A stretch of 64,000 bases of DNA from a virus. The first letter of the stretch is position 1; the number at the start of each line of letters is the position of its first letter. The stretch is from IMG/VR virus record IMGVR_UViG_3300045988_122538; one strand, written 5' to 3'. The notes below the pieces were generated by a model. That model made no database searches, was not told the DNA's origin, and saw only the letters and a list, made by a program, of their open reading frames with translations. The position numbers and the translations under genes are program-made. This document shows positions 17,951 to 25,361 of this stretch, one piece after another.

Positions 17951-18867
17951 TGTTAAGCATACAAGAAGCTGGTAAAGAAATACTTACAGGACATCCAGGC
18001 AAATTTTATGTATTTGCAGGAGATGAGTATGGTGTTAAGGACAAATATTTATTAGCTCTAAAATCTCATTATTCTGATTATGTAGAAGCAGATGATGTTG
18101 AGTCTATATTCAAGCTAATGACTACTAAACACCTTATTCCATTACCACCTAAACTTTACATTGTACGATATGATGAAAACTTCATATCATCATTAACTAA
18201 TGTGACAGCGTCTAAAATAAAATCTATGAAGATATTAGGTACATTGGTATGTATTTATGAGTCACCTAAGCATACTGCTAAATGTGACAAACTGCTTCCA
18301 GAATATACTGTATCATTTGATCATGTAAGCCCAGAATTCGTCAAGAAATATTTATCGTCTGATTTTCCAGAATTATCAAAGTCTATCATTGATTTTGCAG
18401 TAAGCACTCGTCCTGATTATAAATCGGCTTGGAACATATGCAATTGTTTATCGCATGTAGACGCTACTAAAATCAATTTTGCAAATATGTCCGGACTTGC
18501 AACTACATTTGGTTGTTCAGCATCATCTAATGAAGCTCAATTACGGTTAGGTATTGCATCTAGAAATTTTGCATATTCACTGAGTGTTTTAGATTCATAT
18601 GGAGATGATATCAATGCTGCATTTTATACTATATTAAGTACATTGATTGATATTGAAAAGATCATTGATAGTACTTACAGTCAGTCAGATTTGCATAAGT
18701 ATGTGAAAGTATGGACACATGCTGACATCTATTACATGTTTATGAACACTTATGATGCATTGAAGAAATCTCGTTCATATACATCACATGACATATATGA
18801 CAGCTTAGTATATTTACTTGGATTGACACAGTTCTCTCCTATACCTAGTCCAGAATCTATGAATTAA
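17950..18867 (+). CDS. possible clamp-loader delta (HolA-like) subunit
   Basis: N-terminal GKFYVFAGDEYGVKDKYLLALKSHY resembles the HolA start (yll.G.e..l). It lies adjacent to the delta-prime-like gene. The call is otherwise positional. Confidence 0.4.
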   Translation: MLSIQEAGKEILTGHPGKFYVFAGDEYGVKDKYLLALKSHYSDYVEADDVESIFKLMTTKHLIPLPPKLYIVRYDENFISSLTNVTASKIKSMKILGTLVCIYESPKHTAKCDKLLPEYTVSFDHVSPEFVKKYLSSDFPELSKSIIDFAVSTRPDYKSAWNICNCLSHVDATKINFANMSGLATTFGCSASSNEAQLRLGIASRNFAYSLSVLDSYGDDINAAFYTILSTLIDIEKIIDSTYSQSDLHKYVKVWTHADIYYMFMNTYDALKKSRSYTSHDIYDSLVYLLGLTQFSPIPSPESMN

Positions 18868-18881
18868 GGTGGTGATTTATA

Positions 18882-19664
18882 ATGCAGCTTATCAATCAAA
18901 AGATTGGAATTGCTGAATTGGAAAGGCTCGCTAAAGACGATAAACACAGTATAATGATTGAAGGTATTGAAGGATCTGGCAAATCATATCTTGCAAAGCA
19001 GTATGCGTCTATGTTGAACATTCCCGATTTTCAAGTAGTTGAACCTAAGGTACAGAACATTAAAGATGCAATAAATGCTTGTTACTTGATTGAAAATCCA
19101 GTTGTAATTTGTATTGAGAATCTTGATACCGGAGTTCTTGCAGCATCTTATGCACTATTGAAATTTCTTGAAGAACCTGCTTCTCATGTATACATTGTTG
19201 TAACATGTAGAAATCTACAACATGTACCTGATACTATCATAAGCAGAAGTGCTGTTGTATCAGTTTCACCTCCTATTGAGTCAGATTTAGTTTCTTATGC
19301 TTCTGAGAAAGATTCTGCTCAATATCTTTATCTTCAAGATAAATCTATCTGGAAATGTGCAAAGACATTCAAAGATGTTGAAACATTGTTAGAGTTAGAT
19401 TCTACTAAGATTGAATATTTCAATACTTTGTCAGAGTTGTTAACTAAACAAGGGTCTGTTTCTAATATCGTATGGTCATTGCAAAAATATCCTGATAATT
19501 CTTCTACACCTATACAGCTTGTAATTCGTTATATAATGTATATTACAAATTCAAGTACTATTTGGCGTGCAGGGCATGATTGTTTGAAGGAGTTATCTCT
19601 TGGACGAATTTCTACTCATGCAGTTTTAGCTAAATTTGCATTTGAACTGAAATACCTTAAATAA
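18882..19664 (+). CDS. holB: clamp-loader delta-prime (HolB-like) subunit
   Basis: IEGIEGSGKSYLAK (P-loop-like), LKFLEEPASHVYIVVT and TIISRSAVV match the HolB/RFC box pattern LK.LEEP...TI.SRC. Confidence 0.7.
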   Translation: MQLINQKIGIAELERLAKDDKHSIMIEGIEGSGKSYLAKQYASMLNIPDFQVVEPKVQNIKDAINACYLIENPVVICIENLDTGVLAASYALLKFLEEPASHVYIVVTCRNLQHVPDTIISRSAVVSVSPPIESDLVSYASEKDSAQYLYLQDKSIWKCAKTFKDVETLLELDSTKIEYFNTLSELLTKQGSVSNIVWSLQKYPDNSSTPIQLVIRYIMYITNSSTIWRAGHDCLKELSLGRISTHAVLAKFAFELKYLK

Positions 19665-19699
19665 CTTATATTGTAACATTATTAAGGAGGATGCTGTAT

Positions 19700-20659
19700 A
19701 TGGTGTATTTTTTCAGCGGCGGTCTTACAAAAGATATGGTTAAATATTTAACTAATATGCCTGACTTTGAACCTATTGATGTGCTTGTATCTCAGCTGGA
19801 CAGAAATTCTATCAAAGAAATGATCAAATATCAAAGTGAAGGTGTTGTTAAACAGCTTTTTATTGATAGCGGTGCTTTTTCTGTACATACAGGCAAGGCT
19901 ACAGTAGATTTGGATGAATATATTTCGTTCGTCAATTCTATTGACGATCATATTCATGCTATCGCACAGGTTGATACTATTCCTGGTGTGTTTGGTCAGC
20001 CTAAATCTAGAGAGGATTATGAAAAGTCTGCAAAATTGTCTTGGGAGAACTTCCTTTATATGTATAGAAATCTCAAATCTCCTGAAAAGCTTATTCCTGT
20101 ATTCCACTATGGTGAGTCTTTTGACGCTCTTAAGAATATGCTTGATTGGAAGGATGAAAACGGGAAGCCTTTGACTTATCTTGGAATTTCTCCTGCTAAT
20201 GATACTTCTCAAAGTACTAAGAATGTGTATATGAGGGAAGTATATGATTTCATTGCAAATTCAAGTAATCCAAACGTAAGAACTCACTTATTTGGTATGA
20301 CTGCTTTAGATGCTTTGTCTAAAGTTCCTACGTATTCAGCAGACAGTGTAAGTCATAGGCTTATTGGCGCATACAATAAAATCTATCATCCGGAGTTTGG
20401 AGTTATCAGCTTATCAAAGAAATCTAGAACTTCAAGAAGTAAATCTAGTATGAGTTTTGTAGAAACTTGTGATGACATCGCACTTAAGAAGCTTACGGAT
20501 TATCTTGAACATCTTGGAGTTACACTTGAAGAGGTACAAGACAGTCATTCTGCAAGATGTGCAGTTTCAATGTATGGAATCATTCAGCATTTGAAAACAC
20601 ATCCTTACAAACCAGAGAATGTCAAGCGTACCAAGAAGCTGTTTAGCTTGCCTAACTAA
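19700..20659 (+). CDS. hypothetical protein; possible TIM-barrel TGT/DpdA-like transglycosylase
   Basis: AAGGAGG at 19684-19690 favours ATG 19700. LFIDSGAFSV...YLGISPAND recalls DpdA/TGT-like phage proteins from memory. There is no Cys-rich zinc site. Confidence 0.3.
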   Translation: MVYFFSGGLTKDMVKYLTNMPDFEPIDVLVSQLDRNSIKEMIKYQSEGVVKQLFIDSGAFSVHTGKATVDLDEYISFVNSIDDHIHAIAQVDTIPGVFGQPKSREDYEKSAKLSWENFLYMYRNLKSPEKLIPVFHYGESFDALKNMLDWKDENGKPLTYLGISPANDTSQSTKNVYMREVYDFIANSSNPNVRTHLFGMTALDALSKVPTYSADSVSHRLIGAYNKIYHPEFGVISLSKKSRTSRSKSSMSFVETCDDIALKKLTDYLEHLGVTLEEVQDSHSARCAVSMYGIIQHLKTHPYKPENVKRTKKLFSLPN

Positions 20660-20670
20660 TTTCTAAATAA

Positions 20671-20755
20671 ACTATTAAATTTTATAAAAACTATTGACTT
20701 TTTCTCTAAAATCGTATATAATATAATTGTAGGGCAAAAAAAATAATACCTACAA
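20671..20755 (+). promoter_or_regulatory. strong sigma-A-type promoter cassette, copy 2, with a 5' leader hairpin
   Basis: -35 TTGACT at 20694-20699, a 17-nt spacer, and -10 TATAAT at 20717-20722. Hairpin TTGTAGG(20727-20733)/CCTACAA(20749-20755). Near-duplicate of 7654-7736. Confidence 0.75.
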
Positions 20756-20784
20756 CATATCAAAACATTTGGAGGTACAATAGT

Positions 20785-21027
20785 ATGAAAAATTTAGAAG
20801 TATTCAATCAGCGTGGTTTTGGTGATTACAGCTGTAGTTCATGTAGAACTCCTCTCCTTGGTACATTTACCGCTATAGGAGAAGTTGGTGATGAGAATGG
20901 TTATGAGTGGAGAAGTTTTTGTCCTCGTTGTGCATCAAAATTAGGTATTGCAACTATTTCAGACAATGATCCGAAATTGAACGAAATTTACAGTAACTAT
21001 CCTATTCCCGATTATTTAGGAAACTAA
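20785..21027 (+). CDS. small zinc-ribbon protein (early, monocistronic)
   Basis: 80 aa with CSSC...CPRC (a 4-Cys ribbon). GGAGG SD. Bracketed by the consensus promoter and a strong terminator. Confidence 0.65.
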   Translation: MKNLEVFNQRGFGDYSCSSCRTPLLGTFTAIGEVGDENGYEWRSFCPRCASKLGIATISDNDPKLNEIYSNYPIPDYLGN

Positions 21028-21054
21028 TATAATCAATAACATAATCAATAACAT

Positions 21055-21088
21055 AAAAGCAGCTGTTGAAGCTGCTTTTATTTTATGT
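21055..21088 (+). terminator. rho-independent terminator
   Basis: AAAGCAGC-TGTTGAA-GCTGCTTT stem-loop followed by TATTTTATGTTT. Confidence 0.8.
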
Positions 21089-21146
21089 TTGAAAACCTTT
21101 TATATGATATGTAACATATTCATTTGTTGGAGAAGGAGTGATTCAA

Positions 21147-21413
21147 ATGATCAAACCTGAGAATCTAAGTACATTATTATCTGCTTCTGAAGCAGCGGCT
21201 GTTGCTGATGCAGCTATTGATGAACAAGAAGAATGTGCAGTTGCACGTGCTATAAATTACAATGCAAATACAGGTGAAACTTGTACTGAATGGACTAGTG
21301 GTTTATCAGATAAGATGAAAGCTAAATTAAAATCAAAAAAGTACAAGGTAATCCCGAAAACTGATGCATATGGAGTAGAAATTCCTAACATGTACTATAT
21401 AAAGAGCAGGTGA
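21147..21413 (+). CDS. hypothetical protein
   Basis: AGGAG at 21134-21138 overlaps the track GTG start, and ATG 21147 has an 8-nt spacing. The box AACCTTTTATAT at 21094-21105 lies upstream. Confidence 0.55.
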   Translation: MIKPENLSTLLSASEAAAVADAAIDEQEECAVARAINYNANTGETCTEWTSGLSDKMKAKLKSKKYKVIPKTDAYGVEIPNMYYIKSR

Positions 21414-21419
21414 TAGTTG

Positions 21420-21950
21420 ATGTTTGATAACAGATTCAAACTTCACAAGTATGACGAAGCATCTATAAATTCAGTTGTATTGAATGTTAATCAGCTTGAA
21501 TACTTCACATACCTAGAGCTGCCACATGACATCGCTAAGTTCTTGTCATTGTATTGTGTACAGGAATTTAATACTCCTAAAGGACCTATTGAACTCGATT
21601 ATTCTGATAAAATAACTAGAGAGTGTTTACGTCCATGGTTGAAAATCGAAACATCTATTTTCAATACAGAATGCGGATTTCACATGTATAAGTTTCAGTT
21701 TGTTGATACAAGAACGACTGATGTAGTATCGTTATACTTTGCATATAATTTACAAAATAGTAATCCTGATAAGACATCATACATCTATATGAAAGGCAGA
21801 AACGCTGAAGGATTCAATCCATTTGAAGATGGTAATGGGGCAGGCTCTGCTAGTAATACATCTGATAATTCTGACAGTGATTCAGACGATAGCAAAAATG
21901 ATTCATCTAGTTGTTGCTGTTGCGGTAAATGTAAGTATTGTAGTAAGTAA
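21420..21950 (+). CDS. hypothetical protein with an acidic Ser/Asp linker and a C-terminal poly-Cys tail
   Basis: Ends ...GNGAGSASNTSDNSDSDSDDSKNDSSSCCCCGKCKYCSK. ATG 21420 (TTG 21417 is an alternative). Confidence 0.6.
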   Translation: MFDNRFKLHKYDEASINSVVLNVNQLEYFTYLELPHDIAKFLSLYCVQEFNTPKGPIELDYSDKITRECLRPWLKIETSIFNTECGFHMYKFQFVDTRTTDVVSLYFAYNLQNSNPDKTSYIYMKGRNAEGFNPFEDGNGAGSASNTSDNSDSDSDDSKNDSSSCCCCGKCKYCSK

Positions 21951-21962
21951 GGAGGTTTACAT

Positions 21963-22997
21963 ATGAAACGAAGAATTATATGTTCCTTCAGACAATACAA
22001 TGCTAATACCAAAGATATAAGAAAAGGTGACTGTTCTGTACGTGCATTATCACTAGCATATGGTATTGATTATGAACTTGTATACAAGTCTCTCAAAACA
22101 TATCAAAGAGAACTTGGTTATGGAATTTACAATGACTTAAGAAATATAGAGTACTTTATAGAAGGTAACAACAGTCAAAAGATACAAGTTGATAAGAGTG
22201 TAGATACTGTAGATGATTTTTGTAATTCTTACACCATAGGTACGTATTTGTTATTTACAAGTAAAACAGATACATCACGTATAAATCATATAGTTGCTGT
22301 AATAGATGGTGATCTGTATGATACATGGGATTCTTTGAATCAACATGTGCGTGAAGTTTACTGTGTAAGTTCTGATACTACTCATATGTATTCTGATGAG
22401 TTCAATATCAACGATGCAGCTTCGCAGATATGGGAACCTTTAGATAATTACATACAGTCTCAGAATAAAAAAGTAGAATTCATGTATGTAGATTTACAAG
22501 AGTTAGGAGTTAAGGGTAATGATACTGTTGTAATTGTATTAAAATGCATTCTAGATGATAGCATACCTATTTATTCTAAATATAAAAAATCCTCTGTAAT
22601 TACTCAAAGATTCATTGCAAAATTCAACCTCAAGAAGGATCAAACACAAAATGTGAAAGTTCTTGTACCCAAGCTCAGAACTAAGATATATGACTGGATG
22701 TATAATATACGAAAAGATATCCAAGATGCAAAGAAAGCTGAAACTATAAATCGTAAAGATTTTCTAGGTGATAAAACACTAGTTGCTAAATTACCAGAAT
22801 GGTCTCACCCTTATGTGACATATGCAAGTACATTAAATTATTCATCTGCATATTCAGTAGATATGGATGCACTAGATGGTGATCCTAGAAAGTCAGAAGC
22901 ACCTACGGTATATTTTCGTGCTGATTCTTTGAGAGAGTTGAAACAACAATTAGCATCATATAAATCTAATTTCTCTAGATTAGGGTATGACTATTAG
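21963..22997 (+). CDS. hypothetical protein with a possible N-terminal papain/C39-like cysteine peptidase fold
   Basis: KGDCSVRALSLAYG (Cys motif like the C39 dCG.a.l.m), INHIVAVIDGDLYDTWD (His...Asp). AAGGAGG SD. Confidence 0.45.
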   Translation: MKRRIICSFRQYNANTKDIRKGDCSVRALSLAYGIDYELVYKSLKTYQRELGYGIYNDLRNIEYFIEGNNSQKIQVDKSVDTVDDFCNSYTIGTYLLFTSKTDTSRINHIVAVIDGDLYDTWDSLNQHVREVYCVSSDTTHMYSDEFNINDAASQIWEPLDNYIQSQNKKVEFMYVDLQELGVKGNDTVVIVLKCILDDSIPIYSKYKKSSVITQRFIAKFNLKKDQTQNVKVLVPKLRTKIYDWMYNIRKDIQDAKKAETINRKDFLGDKTLVAKLPEWSHPYVTYASTLNYSSAYSVDMDALDGDPRKSEAPTVYFRADSLRELKQQLASYKSNFSRLGYDY

Positions 22998-22999
22998 TA

Positions 23000-23028
23000 T
23001 TGCATAACCTATCATATTATTGTATAAT
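23000..23028 (+). promoter_or_regulatory. sigma-A-type promoter
   Basis: -35 TTGCAT at 23000-23005, a 17-nt spacer, and -10 TATAAT at 23023-23028. It is followed by TACATGTAG, as at the other early promoters. Confidence 0.6.
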
Positions 23029-23052
23029 TACATGTAGAAGGAGGTAATCTGC

Positions 23053-23823
23053 ATGAAAGCAATATTTGCATGTAAGCTTTATAAATCAAGTAGACGTAAG
23101 GACAAAATAAAAGCAGCATTACAGAATCCTATAAATGCTGAGCTTGTAGAACAGATAGATGAATATCTAGGTGAAGAATATAGACCTGTAACTAAAATTG
23201 ACGGTGACGTCATGAAAACTGTTCCTAAACATGATAATAAATCAGGTTCATCTAATACACAAACAAGGTCAAGTGGTCATGGTCCTTCAAGTGGTGGACT
23301 AGGTGGTTTAAGTTCTGCATTATCTGGTCTAGACGATGATACTACCATATCGGAAAAATATGGTGACGAATTAGATGATGATGGAAATGCTGCATTTGAT
23401 GCTACTCAGGGTACAAGTTCGTCTGATGATGACACTTCTGATGATAATTCTGATACTACAGCAAATTCAGCTACAGCAGTGAAGAAATCATCTATCGTTG
23501 CTGATACAGTTGTAACTAAACCGTTTGTTGAAACACAAGTTTCCTTAAATGGTCTTGCAGGTGAACTTAAGGGAACATTGAATGCACGGTCATCGACTAC
23601 CGGTGTAAATCGTGTATGCGTAAAGAACAATGAGATATGGATTCATTATAATGATGATATCAATCTTAACAATGTTATGACTGCTGTAATAGACACATTG
23701 AATTCAGCAAATTATCATTACTTGATATTCAATCGTCTAGCAAGAACAGATAATGCAATTGTTTTTACAATCAACGGTAATGATACAGATAATGTGATGG
23801 AGCCGATATCTAATGAAAAATGA
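23053..23823 (+). CDS. hypothetical protein (Gly/Ser- and Asp-rich central low-complexity region)
   Basis: 256-codon ORF with a GAAGGAGG SD, directly behind the promoter at 23000-23028. Confidence 0.6.
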   Translation: MKAIFACKLYKSSRRKDKIKAALQNPINAELVEQIDEYLGEEYRPVTKIDGDVMKTVPKHDNKSGSSNTQTRSSGHGPSSGGLGGLSSALSGLDDDTTISEKYGDELDDDGNAAFDATQGTSSSDDDTSDDNSDTTANSATAVKKSSIVADTVVTKPFVETQVSLNGLAGELKGTLNARSSTTGVNRVCVKNNEIWIHYNDDINLNNVMTAVIDTLNSANYHYLIFNRLARTDNAIVFTINGNDTDNVMEPISNEK

Positions 23824-24139
23824 ACTTCCAATAACTGAAGATTTAGATTTTCACTATCTACTAGAATTGATGCCTCCACTGCAAGACGAGGCTGAATTTT
23901 CTTGGCTGCCAGAATTATTTTCTACAGTAGGTTATGGTAGTTTGATTAAATTATGCAAATTCGCTGGTGGTGAGGTTATCAAGATACCAACACTTGAACA
24001 ACTTACTTCCAGTATAGAATCTCTACAGTGGTTCTATGATGTAGAAATATCTAAATGTAAGACATCTGATGAAATACCTTTACAATATCGAAATCTTGTA
24101 TCTAAAATAAAGGAGATATATGATGCTGGATACTGTTAA
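23813..24139 (+). CDS. hypothetical protein
   Basis: 108-codon ORF. Its start overlaps the end of the preceding gene. Confidence 0.55.
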   Translation: MKNELPITEDLDFHYLLELMPPLQDEAEFSWLPELFSTVGYGSLIKLCKFAGGEVIKIPTLEQLTSSIESLQWFYDVEISKCKTSDEIPLQYRNLVSKIKEIYDAGYC

Positions 24140-24320
24140 GCAATGTATAAAAGATGTTCCTGATATCTCATTTCAACAATTCTTTCAGATGTATGTAACA
24201 TCTGTACAAGATTCTAACATAGATAGAGAGGTCAGCTACTTAATAAACAGAAACATATTAGGTGTAAACTCTATGGGAATGTTAATCCATAATACAATTG
24301 AAAGGTTGAAACATGTATGA
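24120..24320 (+). CDS. hypothetical protein
   Basis: 66-codon ORF with AGGAG at 24111-24115 upstream. Confidence 0.5.
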   Translation: MMLDTVKQCIKDVPDISFQQFFQMYVTSVQDSNIDREVSYLINRNILGVNSMGMLIHNTIERLKHV

Positions 24321-24622
24321 TTACAGCTACAAATATACAAAGTGCATATAATGATTTGTATAAAGAAGTGCGAAGATACATATGGGATTTCGATACAGTA
24401 AGTGCTCTTGCAGATTTGGAAGTTGAAACTTATCAAACCTTTCCAGATATAGAGCAGCTTATTAAGAAATTTGATACGTTCAAACGATATGTTAATGATA
24501 CAGATGTACTTCGTGAGGACGAAGATGTCAAGAAGGCATTTGACGAATTCGAGGAAATCATAAATGATGATAACATAGAGTTATATGCAAACTTAAAAGA
24601 TTTTCAGGAGGTACCAGTATGA
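24317..24622 (+). CDS. hypothetical protein (acidic)
   Basis: 101-codon ORF with an ATGA overlap to the previous stop. Confidence 0.5.
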   Translation: MITATNIQSAYNDLYKEVRRYIWDFDTVSALADLEVETYQTFPDIEQLIKKFDTFKRYVNDTDVLREDEDVKKAFDEFEEIINDDNIELYANLKDFQEVPV

Positions 24623-24825
24623 GTGTCAAGAGAATGAAGATAATGAAGTCTAAATCAACTGTAAAGTCTGCAACAGATGCAACTGTTTCTAAATCTGCTT
24701 ATGCAGAAGCTATCAACAACATCCAGTCTGCAATTCAAGCATTGAGTAAAGCTGCACAAGATGGTGATACTCTTGCTAAAGAATCAATTGCTAACTTAAG
24801 TGTTGTATTGTTTGATTTGAAGTAA
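24619..24825 (+). CDS. hypothetical protein
   Basis: 68-codon ORF with a CAGGAGG SD. Confidence 0.5.
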   Translation: MSVKRMKIMKSKSTVKSATDATVSKSAYAEAINNIQSAIQALSKAAQDGDTLAKESIANLSVVLFDLK

Positions 24826-24845
24826 ACAAAATTCGGAGGTGCTTT

Positions 24846-25361
24846 ATGGACGATATCAAAACTGTTGATAGTTCAGAAGTAGTGTATGATCCTGTATACC
24901 AACGACAAAAAGAGGGCGTCACGAAAATGCGTACGTCCTTGTTGGCGTGTACTGCTGAAAACGGTGTTACTATAAGAAACACATTAGATTCAATAACAGC
25001 TATGCGAATATATCATCAGATGATGCGTATAATCAAATATACAGAGTTGATGGATAAGCTTGAAGATAAGCTTTACAGGTCCATTGATAATATGTTAGAT
25101 AACTCTCCCGATGATGAACGAACTCTATTATCACTCTTACATATTCAAGAGCGTTTACAAAAGTCAATGATTGAATCTCATAAATTGATTCAGCCATATC
25201 TTGATATAAAAGAGTTTTCAGTTGTTGATCTTGTACCTCAAGAGTCTACAGCTGCTTCTAGTACTCAGTTTAACATGAAGTCTGAGGATCGTGATAGATT
25301 GCGTTCTAATGCTCAACAAGTTCTACTTCAATTAAAGGAAGGTGGGCTAGTTGCAAAATAA
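24846..25361 (+). CDS. hypothetical protein; small terminase candidate by position only
   Basis: 171 aa, immediately upstream of TerL and overlapping it. GGAGGTG SD. No motif support. Confidence 0.3.
   Translation: MDDIKTVDSSEVVYDPVYQRQKEGVTKMRTSLLACTAENGVTIRNTLDSITAMRIYHQMMRIIKYTELMDKLEDKLYRSIDNMLDNSPDDERTLLSLLHIQERLQKSMIESHKLIQPYLDIKEFSVVDLVPQESTAASSTQFNMKSEDRDRLRSNAQQVLLQLKEGGLVAK

Noticed and set aside
21031-21054. 12-bp tandem direct repeat AATCAATAACAT x2 between the zinc-ribbon gene and its terminator
   Set aside because: There are only two copies, the sequence is AT-rich, and no symmetric or recurring partner occurs elsewhere. It may be slippage and there is not enough to call it a binding site.
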